This document shows positions 19,476-30,120 of a stretch of 64,000 nucleotides of DNA, in pieces. The notes beneath the pieces were generated by a model. That model did not search any database, was not told the origin of the DNA, and was given only the letters and a program-made list of their open reading frames with translations. Position 1 is the first letter of the stretch. Each line of letters opens with the position of its first letter. Source of the stretch: Gloeobacterales cyanobacterium (GTDB lineage Bacteria > Cyanobacteriota > Cyanobacteriia > Gloeobacterales > PMM-0068); NCBI GenBank assembly GCA_038245785.1, contig JBBRSB010000002.1, positions 64,001 through 128,000 on the forward strand. Reading direction: 5' to 3'. Made by a program: the position numbers and the translations under genes.

Positions 19476-20177
19476 ATGAATACCATGACCCAAGCTACCG
19501 TAAATGTAAGCGCGCTCAATTACCAAGACCCGGCGTACCTTGATGCCTATAGCCGTATCAATGCCTTAGTGGTTGAAGGGGAGTGGGAAGCGGAAAGTAA
19601 CTACCTGAGCATGGGTGAGCTACTGCCAGAGCATAAAGAAGATTTTGTGCGCCTGGCTGCGATGGAGCGTAAGCATGCAAAGGGGTTTCAAGCCTGTGGC
19701 AAGAACCTAGGCGTGACTGCTGACATGGAATATGGAAAGCAGTTTTTTGATACCTTGCATCAGAATTTCCAGAAGGCGAAGGCCCGCAAAGATATTGTGA
19801 CCTGCCTGATCATTCAATCTTTGCTCATTGAATGCTTTGCTATCTCTGCCTACAATGTCTATATCCCTGTAGCAGATGATTTTGCACGCAAGATCACGGA
19901 GAACGTAGTGAAAGATGAGTATATTCATCTGAACTACGGTGAAGAGTGGTTAAAAAATAATTTTGAGAGCAGTAGAGAAGCAATCGAGCAGGCAAACGCA
20001 GAAAATCTGCCTGTGGCTTGGCGAATGCTAAATGAAGTCGAGAAAGATGCCAGTGCGCTTTCTATGGATCGCGAAGCCATCTTAGAAGACTTCCTGATTT
20101 CCTACGGTGAGACGTTAGCCAATATTGGCTTCACCACGCGTGAAGTGATGAAGATGTCTGCTAAGGGAATTGCCTAG
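19476..20177 (+). CDS. ado: aldehyde-deformylating oxygenase
   Basis: AYSRINALVVEGE, ME..H..GF.ACGKNL, IECFAISAY, VVKDEYIHLNYGE. Confidence 0.96.
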   Translation: MNTMTQATVNVSALNYQDPAYLDAYSRINALVVEGEWEAESNYLSMGELLPEHKEDFVRLAAMERKHAKGFQACGKNLGVTADMEYGKQFFDTLHQNFQKAKARKDIVTCLIIQSLLIECFAISAYNVYIPVADDFARKITENVVKDEYIHLNYGEEWLKNNFESSREAIEQANAENLPVAWRMLNEVEKDASALSMDREAILEDFLISYGETLANIGFTTREVMKMSAKGIA

Positions 20178-20210
20178 ATTGCTTAAGTCCTCTGCTACCC
20201 CGGAATCCCC

Positions 20211-21251
20211 ATGTTTGGCCTGATTGGTCATCTTACGAGCCTTGCCCAAGCGCAAAGTGTAGCTAGAAATCTCGGATACGACGAATTTGCCGAGCACGAT
20301 CTTGAGTTCTGGTGTGTGGCTCCACCTCAGATGGTTGATGAAGTCGCCGTTACCAGTACTACCACGGGCGAAAAGGTCTATGGTCAGTACGTTGAATCCT
20401 GTTTCTTGCCCGAGATGTTGGCCCAAAAGCGATTTAAGGCCGCGACCCGCAAGATTATCAATGCGATGGCCTTTGCACAAAAGCGAGGCATCAATATCAC
20501 GGCTTTGGGCGGGTTCTCTTCGATTATTTTTGAAAATTTCAATCTCGACAAAATCAAGCAAATTCGTAATGTCACGCTAGATTTAGAACGTTTTACGACG
20601 GGCAATACCCATACGGCCTATGTCCTGGGTCGCCAAGTGCAGCAAGGAGCCGATCAGTGTGGCATTGACCTCAAACGGGCTACAGTGGCGGTGATTGGGG
20701 CTACGGGAGATATTGGCTCTGGAGTTTGTCGCTGGCTGACAGAGCACACCCCGGTGCAAGAGTTGGTTCTAGTCGCCCGTGACCAAAACCGTCTCCAAAA
20801 TCTACGCAGTGAATTGGGCGGTGGCTTGATTCAGGGTATTCAGCAGGCGCTCCCGATCGCAGACATTGTGGTTTGGGTTGCTAGTATGGGCCAAGGGCTT
20901 GATTTGACCAATGAAAGTGGTCCAGGTCGCGTGCTGCATATCGATGGTGGCTATCCAAAAAATATGGCAAAGGCTCCTCGAAGAGAGGGCATTTATGTTC
21001 TGGATGGTGGCATTGTCGAGCATTCTCTAGATATTGAATGGAAGTTGATGAATATCATCAACCATGTGGCCAATCCTGCCCGTCAGATTTATGCCTGTTT
21101 TGCTGAATCCATCCTGTTGGAATTTGAACAGCTATACACCAATTTTTCCTGGGGCCGGAATCAAATCACGGTTGAAAAAATTGATGAAATTGGCCGTCTG
21201 TCTGTGAAACATGGGTTCAAACCGCTTTTGCTGAAATCGGCTGATTTGTAA
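20211..21251 (+). CDS. aar: acyl-ACP reductase
   Basis: [40 protein letters not shown]; adjacent to ado. Confidence 0.96.
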   Translation: MFGLIGHLTSLAQAQSVARNLGYDEFAEHDLEFWCVAPPQMVDEVAVTSTTTGEKVYGQYVESCFLPEMLAQKRFKAATRKIINAMAFAQKRGINITALGGFSSIIFENFNLDKIKQIRNVTLDLERFTTGNTHTAYVLGRQVQQGADQCGIDLKRATVAVIGATGDIGSGVCRWLTEHTPVQELVLVARDQNRLQNLRSELGGGLIQGIQQALPIADIVVWVASMGQGLDLTNESGPGRVLHIDGGYPKNMAKAPRREGIYVLDGGIVEHSLDIEWKLMNIINHVANPARQIYACFAESILLEFEQLYTNFSWGRNQITVEKIDEIGRLSVKHGFKPLLLKSADL

Positions 21252-21293
21252 AACGTTTGCACGTATGAATTGAATGCATGTATTAACGTGTCA

Positions 21294-21319
21294 AGGGGCG
21301 CGACGCGTCGCGCCCCTAC
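21294..21319. repeat. GTAG-type REP palindrome, family B
   Basis: AGGGGCGCGACGCGTCGCGCCCCTac perfect palindrome; related copy at 46464. Confidence 0.65.
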
Positions 21320-21339
21320 GGGAATTTGGGGGACGGAAA

Positions 21340-21690
21340 TTATCGGGATTCAAATTGGAATCCGTGGGCTTCGGCATAACGATGCAAGAATCTCATCACG
21401 CGTTCGTATTCATCTTCGGTGCGTAACTCGATGGAACATTCTACTTTGGCAAGGTCATCGTCGTTTCTGAAAAAGAATTTGATGCCACTGGGAAATACTT
21501 GGATTTTGCCTTCTTCATCTTCTAGCCATAGGCTATCGGTCCCGTTGGTAAAGCTGCGTAGCTTCTCCATCGCCTGACAGCGTTCAAAAAGGAGCATTAC
21601 TATCTTATTCGGAGAATCTTTGCGTTTGCGTAGACTGACCCCCGTTATTTCTTCGTCTAGCCCACGCATAAATTGTACGGATATAGTCAC
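21340..21690 (-). CDS. psb28: photosystem II assembly factor Psb28
   Basis: VQFMRGLDEE, L.DEEGKI, YERVMRFLHRYAEAHG. Confidence 0.9.
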   Translation of the reverse strand: MTISVQFMRGLDEEITGVSLRKRKDSPNKIVMLLFERCQAMEKLRSFTNGTDSLWLEDEEGKIQVFPSGIKFFFRNDDDLAKVECSIELRTEDEYERVMRFLHRYAEAHGFQFESR

Positions 21691-21976
21691 AAGCTTTTTG
21701 GTAAGGAGTGGTTACTACTCTACTACAAGGGCAATTCTAGAAATCTTTAACCAAAACCCTCACCTAAAAGGCCGAGGCCAAGACTGAGCAAAAATACTCC
21801 AGCAGAAAGGCTAAAAAGCTTTATCCAGTAAAAATTATCCTGAATTTCCATATCACATACTCACAATGACTATGACTTAATTGTAGATTGGGCTTAGAGA
21901 AAGTCAAGTCATAATGAGTACGCTTTTTGGCATTCATTTGTTAATATAAGGATGTAATGCTGAACCTGGAAGAGCT

Positions 21977-22390
21977 ATGGCCCCTCAACTTAATTCCTAC
22001 GAGGATGCTTTGGGCTACTGCCGTGAGCAAGGAATGCGCCTCAGCAAGCAACGTCAGTCCATTTTGAAGTTGCTATGGGACACGGGTGATCATCTCTCTG
22101 CGAACGGTATCTATGACCGCCTGCGCCAACAGGGTGAAGATATTGGCCACACTTCGGTGTACCAAAATCTAGATGCTCTGGCAAAAGCAGGAATTGTTGA
22201 ACGCGTGGAGAAAGCGGAGGGATGCCTTTATGGTCATCAAACCCTCTCCCATTCTCATGTTCACTGCCTGGATGATGGCAACTTGATTGACGTTGTGGTC
22301 AACCTGCCCCCAGAACTTATAGCTCAAGTAGAAGCGCAAACAGGTCTGAAGGTAAGCGATTATAGAATTGAATTCTTCGCCAGCAAATAG
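21977..22390 (+). CDS. Fur-family transcriptional regulator
   Basis: GMRLSKQR, HLSA, IGHTSVYQNL, HSHVHC. Confidence 0.9.
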   Translation: MAPQLNSYEDALGYCREQGMRLSKQRQSILKLLWDTGDHLSANGIYDRLRQQGEDIGHTSVYQNLDALAKAGIVERVEKAEGCLYGHQTLSHSHVHCLDDGNLIDVVVNLPPELIAQVEAQTGLKVSDYRIEFFASK

Positions 22391-22396
22391 GCCCTG

Positions 22397-22771
22397 TTGA
22401 CCATGTTCACGCTACGCAAATCTTTCTCCTTTGAGGCGGCTCATCGCTTGCCCCATGTGCCTGAGTTGCATAAATGTGCCCGTCTGCACGGACATAGTTT
22501 CAACGTAGAAGTTTTCGTGCGGGGTGAAATAGAGCCTGAAATCGGCTGGGTGATTGACTATGGGGACATCACCGCCAAGGTAAACCCCTGGATTGAAAAA
22601 TTAGACCATTACTATCTCAACGAAATTCCTGGCTTGGAAAATCCAACCAGTGAAATCCTCTGCGCTTGGCTGTGGGAGCGGATTGCTCCTCAGTTGCCAG
22701 AGCTTTACTGTATTTCTATTGCTGAAACGTGTACCGTCCGTTGCGATTATTATGGACGTACAACGGCATAG
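22397..22771 (+). CDS. queD: 6-carboxytetrahydropterin synthase
   Basis: FEAAHRLP, CARLHGHS, LDHYYLN, NPTSE, ET. Confidence 0.93.
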   Translation: MTMFTLRKSFSFEAAHRLPHVPELHKCARLHGHSFNVEVFVRGEIEPEIGWVIDYGDITAKVNPWIEKLDHYYLNEIPGLENPTSEILCAWLWERIAPQLPELYCISIAETCTVRCDYYGRTTA

Positions 22772-22782
22772 GCATGAACTGA

Positions 22783-22935
22783 ATGGAAGATGAATTTTTG
22801 CTCATGGAATTGGACCTGGACGATTTTGATGGATCGTTCACAGGCGCAGACCTCTCAGTGGCACCTCCTGAAATTGATGATGCCGATATTTACTACAGTG
22901 CTCAAGTAGAAGCGAGTACGATTTCTTACGATTAA
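22783..22935 (+). CDS. small highly acidic hypothetical protein (50 aa)
   Basis: Manual translation MEDEFLLMELDLDDFDGSFTGADLSVAPPEIDDADIYYSAQVEASTISYD*; below the ORF-track cutoff; 11 nt after queD. Confidence 0.5.
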   Translation: MEDEFLLMELDLDDFDGSFTGADLSVAPPEIDDADIYYSAQVEASTISYD

Positions 22936-23101
22936 TAGTTTGGTGATGCCTTGGGGACCGAATTTGGGTAATCTGGAGACTGTGTTTTGCGCTTGCACTT
23001 GTGCTTTTCTGGGGTTATCACACTAGCCCTAGCGTAGACAAAAGGCAGGGGCAATGCTTATATAGTGACAACTCCTCCCGCTCTGATAACGGCGCTTCCC
23101 C

Positions 23102-23842
23102 TTGACTACTGCGCTCCCTACTTCTTCTGTACTTGGTATGCCCGTGCATCTTGCCGGGGATTACCTAAATTGGTTACTCGCCCGAGGAGAACAAGGGCGG
23201 GGGGTCCATGTGGTGACCTTAAACGCTGAAATGACGATGCTGGCTAAAGAAGAGCCGCGCTTGGCAGAACTTATTCGCCGGGCTGAATTGGTCGTTCCCG
23301 ATGGTTCGGGCGTGGTTTGGGCCTTAAACAAATCTAAGCGTAACGAGATCCAAGTTTCCCGCTGTCCAGGGATTGAGCTGGTGACTAATCTGCTGCCGGA
23401 GGCTGGAAAACGGAACTGGCGCGTCTATCTGATTGGAGCCGCTCCAGGGCTAGTGCAAGCCTTGGCTCCTGAGTGGGAAAAGAAATATCCAGGACTTCAA
23501 ATCGTTGGTACGCAGGATGGCTATTTTAAAGACGAACAAGAGGCTGAGATTCAAGCCAATATTGCCCGGACAAACCCTCATCTAATTTTGCTTGGTTTGG
23601 GCGTTCCCAAACAAGAGTTCACGATTCAACGCTGGCGTGACGCAGCTCCACAGGCTCTATGGGTCGGTGTCGGTGGCAGCTTTGATGTGTGGACGGGGAC
23701 CAAGGAACGCGCCCCCCAATGGTTCTGCGACAACAATTTGGAATGGGCCTATCGCCTGTACAAGGAGCCCTGGCGCTGGCGTAGAATGTTGGCGCTCCCA
23801 AGATTTGCCTGGCATGTTCTTCGTTCTGGAGTTTCTTCCTGA
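23102..23842 (+). CDS. WecB/TagA/CpsF glycosyltransferase
   Basis: VTLNAEM, VPDGSG, GLGVPKQE, GVGGSFD, LEWAYRL. Confidence 0.93.
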   Translation: MTTALPTSSVLGMPVHLAGDYLNWLLARGEQGRGVHVVTLNAEMTMLAKEEPRLAELIRRAELVVPDGSGVVWALNKSKRNEIQVSRCPGIELVTNLLPEAGKRNWRVYLIGAAPGLVQALAPEWEKKYPGLQIVGTQDGYFKDEQEAEIQANIARTNPHLILLGLGVPKQEFTIQRWRDAAPQALWVGVGGSFDVWTGTKERAPQWFCDNNLEWAYRLYKEPWRWRRMLALPRFAWHVLRSGVSS

Positions 23843-24657
23843 TGGATGTCCCTTCCTCTCCCCGTAACCTACGCTCCATTCTGTCCTCCTTGACGGAAGC
23901 TCGGCCAGGTGAACGGGCGTTCGCGACTCAAGAGGTCTCTTCCGTGCTTATGCCCAATGGTCAGGCCCTAGCGATATCAGAAGCGGAGAAAGTTATTGCC
24001 CATCTGCGCAAGGTGACCAAGACCTATGACAAACAGGGCCGCAGCCTGTCCATAGACTTAGATATCCGCCAAGGTGACTTTCTATTCATCACAGGAATTT
24101 CAGGGGCAGGAAAATCAACCCTGCTGAAGATGCTCTACGGCGAAGAGAAGCCTACCAGTGGTGAGGTAGTCGTAGATGGAACCCGCGTGAACAAACTGCG
24201 TGGCCATGGCTTGTCTCACTTGCGTCGTCGCATCGGCGTCGTATTTCAGGACTACAAGCTATTGCCCCGGCGCACCGTAGCAGAGAATGTTGCCTTTGCC
24301 CTCCAGGCTCAAAATTTTCATAAAGCTGAAATCCGCCGTCGCCTTTTACCTACGCTCAAAATCGTAGGTTTGGAGGAGAAGGCAGAGCACTTCCCTGAAC
24401 AGCTCTCTGGGGGTGAACAGCAGCGGGTAGCGATTGCCCGAGCGATTGTGCATACGCCTGTTTTGCTTCTGGCCGATGAACCTACGGGAAACCTGGATGC
24501 TGGGAATACCTGGAGTGTTCTGGAAATTCTTCAGCAGCTCAATGAGATGGGAGTGACGATTGTGGTGACAACCCACGACGACACCATCGTTCAGGCTTTT
24601 GCAAAACGAGTGGTCACTTTTAACGAAAATCAACTTGTTGAATTGGATGTTCGCTGA
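23842..24657 (+). CDS. ftsE: cell division ATP-binding protein FtsE
   Basis: [34 protein letters not shown]; precedes ftsX. Confidence 0.93.
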   Translation: MDVPSSPRNLRSILSSLTEARPGERAFATQEVSSVLMPNGQALAISEAEKVIAHLRKVTKTYDKQGRSLSIDLDIRQGDFLFITGISGAGKSTLLKMLYGEEKPTSGEVVVDGTRVNKLRGHGLSHLRRRIGVVFQDYKLLPRRTVAENVAFALQAQNFHKAEIRRRLLPTLKIVGLEEKAEHFPEQLSGGEQQRVAIARAIVHTPVLLLADEPTGNLDAGNTWSVLEILQQLNEMGVTIVVTTHDDTIVQAFAKRVVTFNENQLVELDVR

Positions 24658-25544
24658 TGGTGTTTGTACAACAGGTCGTTACCCGCGCTGATTTTATCCT
24701 CAAAGAAACCCTAACCGGATTGCGCCGGGGTGGCTGGATGAATTGGGCCGCCGTCAGTACGCTGGTCATTCTGTTGTTTCTCTTTGGATTTGGAACTCGG
24801 CTATCCTGGCAGTTGCAAAATGCGGTAGCAGCACTGGGAAGTCAGCTAGAGGTATCGGTGTACCTGACCCCAGAGGCTTCTGGCAAAAAGCTGCTCCAGA
24901 CAGCAGAGAAAGTGGAGGGGGTTCAAAGCGTTACCCTGCAAACGAAGAAGGATGCTCTTAGTCAGCTACAAAAAGAGATGGGTGTGAAGCAGGACCTGAC
25001 CAAAGCCCTCGAAGGTAATCCTCTTGTTGATAGCCTCCGGGTCAAGGTAAGCACGCCAGAGCAAGTGAATACGGTTGCCGAACAACTCAAAGCAATTCCC
25101 GGTGTGGCCCAAACCCGCTATGGCGGAGAGGCCGCTAACCGTTTGACCCAGATCGATAAGACCGTCCGCTGGATTGGTTTGGGAGTTACAGGCTTACTCG
25201 GATTTACAGCTGTAGCGGTGATTACGACCACGATTCGGTTGGTCGTTCTATCTCGGCGCAAGGAAATTGAAGTGATGCAGCTCGTTGGTGCTGCTCCAAT
25301 CTGGATTTACATGCCTTTTCTCTTGGAAGGCTTAACCCTCGGTTTAGTGGCCGCCATGATTGCCTGGGGTGGACTTCACTACACAGACCAATTCCTGGCT
25401 CAACAGATCCAAGTGAATGTGCCTTTTGTTGTTTTAGAAGTCACGGAAGAACAGGCTAACCTTTTGCCCTGGATCTTGGTGGGCTCTGGCGTCGGTTTAG
25501 GATCTTTAGGTAGTTTGCTGGCTGTCAGTAAATATTTGCGCTAG
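24657..25544 (+). CDS. ftsX: cell division permease FtsX
   Basis: RRGGWMNWAAVST, NPL.D, RRKEIEVMQLVGA...PFLLEG. Confidence 0.92.
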   Translation: MVFVQQVVTRADFILKETLTGLRRGGWMNWAAVSTLVILLFLFGFGTRLSWQLQNAVAALGSQLEVSVYLTPEASGKKLLQTAEKVEGVQSVTLQTKKDALSQLQKEMGVKQDLTKALEGNPLVDSLRVKVSTPEQVNTVAEQLKAIPGVAQTRYGGEAANRLTQIDKTVRWIGLGVTGLLGFTAVAVITTTIRLVVLSRRKEIEVMQLVGAAPIWIYMPFLLEGLTLGLVAAMIAWGGLHYTDQFLAQQIQVNVPFVVLEVTEEQANLLPWILVGSGVGLGSLGSLLAVSKYLR

Positions 25545-25689
25545 GGCTTTTGAAAATATATATTAAATCAGCATGAGCCAAGCTCCATGGCTGCCCATGG
25601 GAATTCGTTATCTAACGGTTTTCTAAAGGAGCGCAAAGTTTAGTTACAATAAGGGTAAGAAAATAAACCAACTCTGGAAAGCCGCACAC

Positions 25690-26316
25690 ATGGTGAAGTT
25701 TCTAGAAAAAATGGGCGGGTACGCAAAAGAAGTCTTTGATAATACGCGATACATCGGTCAGGGCTTGGGTGTAGTATTTGACCATATTCGTCGCAAGCCT
25801 GTCACTGTAGACTACCCCTACGAAAAATTGATTCCCTCAGAGCGCTTTCGAGGAAGAATTCACTTTGAGCGGCCCAAGTGCATCTCCTGTGAAGTTTGTG
25901 TCCGGGTATGCCCAATCAATCTACCTGTAGTCGATTGGGTGATGAACAAAGAGACCAAGAAGAAAGAACTCAATTCCTACTCCATTGATTTTGGAGTCTG
26001 TATTTTCTGTGGTAACTGCGTCGAATACTGCCCTACGAATGCTCTTTCGATGACAGAAGAGTACGAAATGTCTACTTACGACCGTCATGAACTGAATTTT
26101 GACGATGTGGCTCTTGGTCGCTTGCCAATCAACGTTACCCAGGTAGCGGAAGTGAAGCCGATGCGAGAGTTTGGCTACCTACCAGACGGATCAATAGAGC
26201 GGACGCATGAGCAGAGCCCTGGAGGCCGTCGCGCAGGAGAATTACCTGCTACTATCCTTGAAGAAATACAGAAAGAGCAGAGCCAAAAGGAACCAGGAGA
26301 TAAAGGGGATGCCTAG
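25690..26316 (+). CDS. ndhI: NDH-1 subunit I
   Basis: [17 protein letters not shown], two CxxCxxCxxxCP motifs. Confidence 0.96.
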   Translation: MVKFLEKMGGYAKEVFDNTRYIGQGLGVVFDHIRRKPVTVDYPYEKLIPSERFRGRIHFERPKCISCEVCVRVCPINLPVVDWVMNKETKKKELNSYSIDFGVCIFCGNCVEYCPTNALSMTEEYEMSTYDRHELNFDDVALGRLPINVTQVAEVKPMREFGYLPDGSIERTHEQSPGGRRAGELPATILEEIQKEQSQKEPGDKGDA

Positions 26317-26932
26317 TTTAGGAACCGGGGTTCAATTCGTAAGTTTTTTCATCTTGAGTGCCCTAATCATTGGAGCTGCTTTGGGTGTAGTCCTCGCCCC
26401 AAACATGCTCTATGCCGCATTCCTCTTAGGCTTTACCTTTATTTGTCTTTCTGGTATTTATCTGCTGCTGAATGCTGACTTTGTAGCAGCCGCTCAAATT
26501 TTGATTTATGTCGGGGCTGTAAACGTCCTGATTCTGTTTGCAATCATGCTGGTCAATCGCCAAGCACCCGAAACGCCTGTACCACTCAAAAAAGTCCGGG
26601 ATGGCGTTGGTGGTCTCGTTTGTTTTGGCCTGTTTAGCCTGATTGCTACCACTGTAGTCAGAACTCCTTGGCCTTTATCTAATGAAGCGCCAGTTGTAAA
26701 TACGACCCTCAAGATTGGTGAACAATTTTTCACAAACTATCTGTTGCCCTTTGAAGTAGCTTCTGTCCTGCTTCTCATGGCTTTAATCGGTGCTATCATC
26801 CTGGCTCGCCGTGAATATGTGCCGGATCAGACAGTGACTGGAGACGAGCCGCTCGTCTTGCCAGAGCGTTCTAGAGAAGACCTGGAACCAGAACTTAAAA
26901 AGCTCCCCGTGAGCACTGCTTCGGAGGAGTAG
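26309..26932 (+). CDS. ndhG: NDH-1 subunit G
   Basis: [31 protein letters not shown] 26309 overlaps the ndhI end. Confidence 0.95.
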   Translation: MPSLGTGVQFVSFFILSALIIGAALGVVLAPNMLYAAFLLGFTFICLSGIYLLLNADFVAAAQILIYVGAVNVLILFAIMLVNRQAPETPVPLKKVRDGVGGLVCFGLFSLIATTVVRTPWPLSNEAPVVNTTLKIGEQFFTNYLLPFEVASVLLLMALIGAIILARREYVPDQTVTGDEPLVLPERSREDLEPELKKLPVSTASEE

Positions 26933-26936
26933 GAAG

Positions 26937-27254
26937 ATGAATTTTGCACTCAATCTCAACTATTTTTTGGTTCTGGCTGCTGCCCTGTTCTGTGTGGGCC
27001 TCTATGGCTTGATTTGCTCTCGGAACGTGGTGCGGGTTCTGATGTCTATCGAACTGATGCTCAATGCAGTCAACATCAATCTATTAGGTTTTTCTAACTA
27101 TATAGATCCCCAAAACATCCGGGGCCAGATGTTCGCTGTCTTTGTAATCACGGTCGCGGCTGCAGAAGCGGCGGTTGGTCTGGCTATTGTTCTAGCCATC
27201 TATCGCAATCGGCAAACAATCGATATGGAAAGCTTCAACCTTTTGAAGTGGTAG
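26937..27254 (+). CDS. ndhE: NDH-1 subunit E (NuoK)
   Basis: [31 protein letters not shown]. Confidence 0.96.
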   Translation: MNFALNLNYFLVLAAALFCVGLYGLICSRNVVRVLMSIELMLNAVNINLLGFSNYIDPQNIRGQMFAVFVITVAAAEAAVGLAIVLAIYRNRQTIDMESFNLLKW

Positions 27255-27276
27255 TGACTAGCTGTCCGTTTCCCTC

Positions 27277-28113
27277 TTACTTAACTAGCTCATCGACAGG
27301 ACGTAGTTCTAGACGCACTTGCGTCCCTGGAATAAAAGAGGAGGAGTACCAATAGAAAGGTTCTCCTGCCTTAATATAGACCTGGGATGACCCGGAATGC
27401 AAAATAAATCGGCCGCCATAGCGCTTACAAATATCTTGAAGACGCCATAGGCCTTGACCCCTGGTGTGGTCGGTAAAAACTCCAGAAACTCCCTTTTGCA
27501 GCGCCAACTCCACGGCCTGTCGGTCTTCTGTAAGATGGCTATATTTAGGGTTCTTCTTCAAGCTCGAAAGAATGCCCTGGCCCCGGTCTAAAACGCAGAT
27601 CACTAAGCGCTGTTGGCTTGGGTCTTGGCGTTTGAAGATTTGCATAATCACAAAGGGAGCGCTATGAGCATGTTCTAACGAATTTTGAAAGGCTTCACTC
27701 AGGGCATTAAAAACGTTGTGCGCCAGGACCCGTGGATAGCCTAAACGGTCTTGCAGACAGTGCAGCACATGACGGGCGACCGTGTCGCCATCCTTCTTAT
27801 CACGGATACGGAATAGCTCCAGCAGGACAGGGCTTTCCTCATGAGACTCCGGAGGTAATAGTTCCCGGTTGTTGCGATAGGGAAAATTCATCCGGCGCAG
27901 ATAGGAAGCTACCGTTGGTTCGCAGTCCTGAAGAATGAGAGAACGTCCCTCTTCCGCCAGTGCATCTTGGAGGAGAGCCATCCCCGCAATGATGTAGGGG
28001 TCGATGAAGGTAATTCCAGCCCCAGCCAAAGCAACTTCTTGCTGGGTACTCATATAGGCTGTACCCAGCAAGTCATTAAACTTAGGAAAACCCCACGCTT
28101 TACTGTCTATCAC
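27277..28113 (-). CDS. HATPase_c ATP-binding protein
   Basis: SEAFQNSLEHA (N box), D.G.GI, RGQGL, GTQV; start uncertain. Confidence 0.75.
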   Translation of the reverse strand: MIDSKAWGFPKFNDLLGTAYMSTQQEVALAGAGITFIDPYIIAGMALLQDALAEEGRSLILQDCEPTVASYLRRMNFPYRNNRELLPPESHEESPVLLELFRIRDKKDGDTVARHVLHCLQDRLGYPRVLAHNVFNALSEAFQNSLEHAHSAPFVIMQIFKRQDPSQQRLVICVLDRGQGILSSLKKNPKYSHLTEDRQAVELALQKGVSGVFTDHTRGQGLWRLQDICKRYGGRFILHSGSSQVYIKAGEPFYWYSSSFIPGTQVRLELRPVDELVK

Positions 28114-28118
28114 GTTCT

Positions 28119-29249
28119 CTATGAGCCAAAACCACGGGGTTTCACCTTAGCCTTAGAAATGCACTGGAGCAACCCGGCTTTAATCGTTTCCTTGTCAAAG
28201 TCCTTACCAATGAAGACTACTTGACTGATCGGTTTCTCTTTGCCCCATGGTTCAGGGTCCAAGCGAATCCGAGCGCCAACTAAGTGAAAAATCACTTTCT
28301 CTGGGCTTTCCTTGAGCCAGAGGATACCCTTACCCCGAAAGACTCCCTCCGGCAGATCCTTCAGGAAGTCCTCCAAAGCGGTGGCCGAGAGCGGAGCATC
28401 GGCAATCGTCATAGAGACGGAAGTAAATCCTTCGTTCTCAATGTGGTTGTGAGCATGGTCATGGGTACTGTGGTCTACTGCTTCGTAATGCTCGTGAACT
28501 TCGTGGTTGTGATGGTCCTGAATACAATTGCCCTGTTCATCGTGGTCATGAGCGCTATGGTCTACAACCTCGTGATGGTCGTGCGCACCATGCTCCTCTA
28601 CCGCATCTTCTTCTTCATATTTTTCCGGTTTAAAGGCACCCACATCCAGAATCAAGCGCAGGTCGACCTGCGCATTCTGAGTATGCAAGATCGGGGCGTC
28701 TGCTTTCAGCTCTCGGATTTGGCGCTCTATTTGCTGGAGCTTTTCTGGACTGACGCAATCGGTCTTGTTCAACAAGATGATGTCGGAATAGCTGATCTGA
28801 TTGGTAGCGGTATCAGAATTGAAGAGGTCCAAGACAAAATTTTCCGCGTCCACCATGCCCACGATCGCATCTAGACGAGTCAAAGGCCGCAGTTCAGGGC
28901 TCATAAATGTCATCGCCACAGGCAAGGGGTCCGCCAGCCCAGTAGTTTCAACGATTAAGTGCTCGATCTTATCGGACCGTTCCATAATCTGTAGCGCGGC
29001 TTGGACCAAATCTTCCCGAACGGTGCAACACAGGCAGCCATTATCCAGCTCGATCATGTTCTCTTCTGTAGAAACGATCAGCGAAGAATCAATGCCAATA
29101 TCGCCGAATTCATTGACGATAACAGCCGTCTTAACGCCCTGATTGTTGGTGAGGATATGGTTGACTAAGGTGGTTTTCCCACTGCCCAAAAAGCCTGTAA
29201 TTATGGTGACAGGAAGGCCCCGGTCAATATTGTCTAGGGTAGTAGCCAT
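28119..29249 (-). CDS. CobW/COG0523 metallochaperone GTPase
   Basis: GFLGSGKTT, NEFG, NGCLCC, ETTGLADP, NKTD, His-rich insert. Confidence 0.95.
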   Translation of the reverse strand: MATTLDNIDRGLPVTIITGFLGSGKTTLVNHILTNNQGVKTAVIVNEFGDIGIDSSLIVSTEENMIELDNGCLCCTVREDLVQAALQIMERSDKIEHLIVETTGLADPLPVAMTFMSPELRPLTRLDAIVGMVDAENFVLDLFNSDTATNQISYSDIILLNKTDCVSPEKLQQIERQIRELKADAPILHTQNAQVDLRLILDVGAFKPEKYEEEDAVEEHGAHDHHEVVDHSAHDHDEQGNCIQDHHNHEVHEHYEAVDHSTHDHAHNHIENEGFTSVSMTIADAPLSATALEDFLKDLPEGVFRGKGILWLKESPEKVIFHLVGARIRLDPEPWGKEKPISQVVFIGKDFDKETIKAGLLQCISKAKVKPRGFGS

Positions 29250-29362
29250 AGAAGTTGATCTTGTTCCTGCGATGCATTTCATCTTCCACTGTACAACCCA
29301 GGACTGGGTGAATGGGAAGCTTAAAGCTATTCTGAAGAAGTGTCCTTTTGCAAAATAATCCC

Positions 29363-29542
29363 ATGCCAGAAAATATCCCTGCTCCTGATACGGTTACGGC
29401 TCCTCCCGAAGAAAAACCAAGCTATACCAAGCTCGCCATGCGAAACATGGTCAAGAAGAAGAATCTTTCGCTTTTTCATTTTTTCCTGACCTTTGCAGGT
29501 TTTATGGGCTTGATGGTTGGTCTTAGTTATCTCACGCGCTGA
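29363..29542 (+). CDS. DUF3285 small membrane protein
   Basis: PSYTKLAMRNMVKK..SL.HF.LT motif. Confidence 0.85.
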   Translation: MPENIPAPDTVTAPPEEKPSYTKLAMRNMVKKKNLSLFHFFLTFAGFMGLMVGLSYLTR

Positions 29543-29547
29543 TTGCT

Positions 29548-29877
29548 ATGCCTAAAGACCGTGTGGTATGGAGAGAATTTGGAGGTTCAGAGGACCCTGA
29601 TCGACTGACCGCTAAAGCTGTCAACCTGCCGCCACAGCAACAGACCGCCTGTGTCAGCCAAGACCGCAAGGGCCGGGGTGGAAAAACGGTTACCCTGATC
29701 AGGGGTCTAGTGCTTACGGACGAGGCGTTAAAGGCATTAACCAAAGACCTCAAAGCACACTGTGGCAGTGGTGGCACCTGTAAGGATGGGGTGATCGAGA
29801 TTCAAGGGGAACACCGCGATAAGGTCATGGATTTTCTGAAAGTAAAAGGCTATAGGGTCAAAAGAGTAGGGGGCTAA
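29548..29877 (+). CDS. SUI1/YciH translation initiation factor
   Basis: RKGRGGKTVT, LK..CGSGGT.KDG.IEIQGEHR. Confidence 0.92.
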   Translation: MPKDRVVWREFGGSEDPDRLTAKAVNLPPQQQTACVSQDRKGRGGKTVTLIRGLVLTDEALKALTKDLKAHCGSGGTCKDGVIEIQGEHRDKVMDFLKVKGYRVKRVGG

Positions 29878-29979
29878 TGCTCAAATCAGATAGGAATCCA
29901 GCAAATTAGTTATTAATATCGACCTTGAAATCAGCGTAACGAGTTGTATTGAGTATTCAACAAGCTAGCCTTCAAAATC

Positions 29980-30025
29980 TGTGGATAACTCACCAAACCT
30001 GTGTATAACTACAACTTTATCCACA
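29980..30025. promoter_or_regulatory. cluster of three DnaA boxes
   Basis: TGTGGATAA (29980), TGTGTATAA (30000), TTATCCACA (30017), all matching TTATNCACA. Confidence 0.75.
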
Positions 30026-30120
30026 GATAAAGATAAAAATGTTAGGGTGGATGAACGTTTCATCTTTTTTTTGCTAGACCACTTGCCAAGCGTGAAGAAT
30101 TACGTCAATATACGTCTACT

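Noticed and set aside
28440..28600. Duplicated His-rich segment in the CobW protein
   Set aside because: Variable His-rich inserts are typical of COG0523 proteins.
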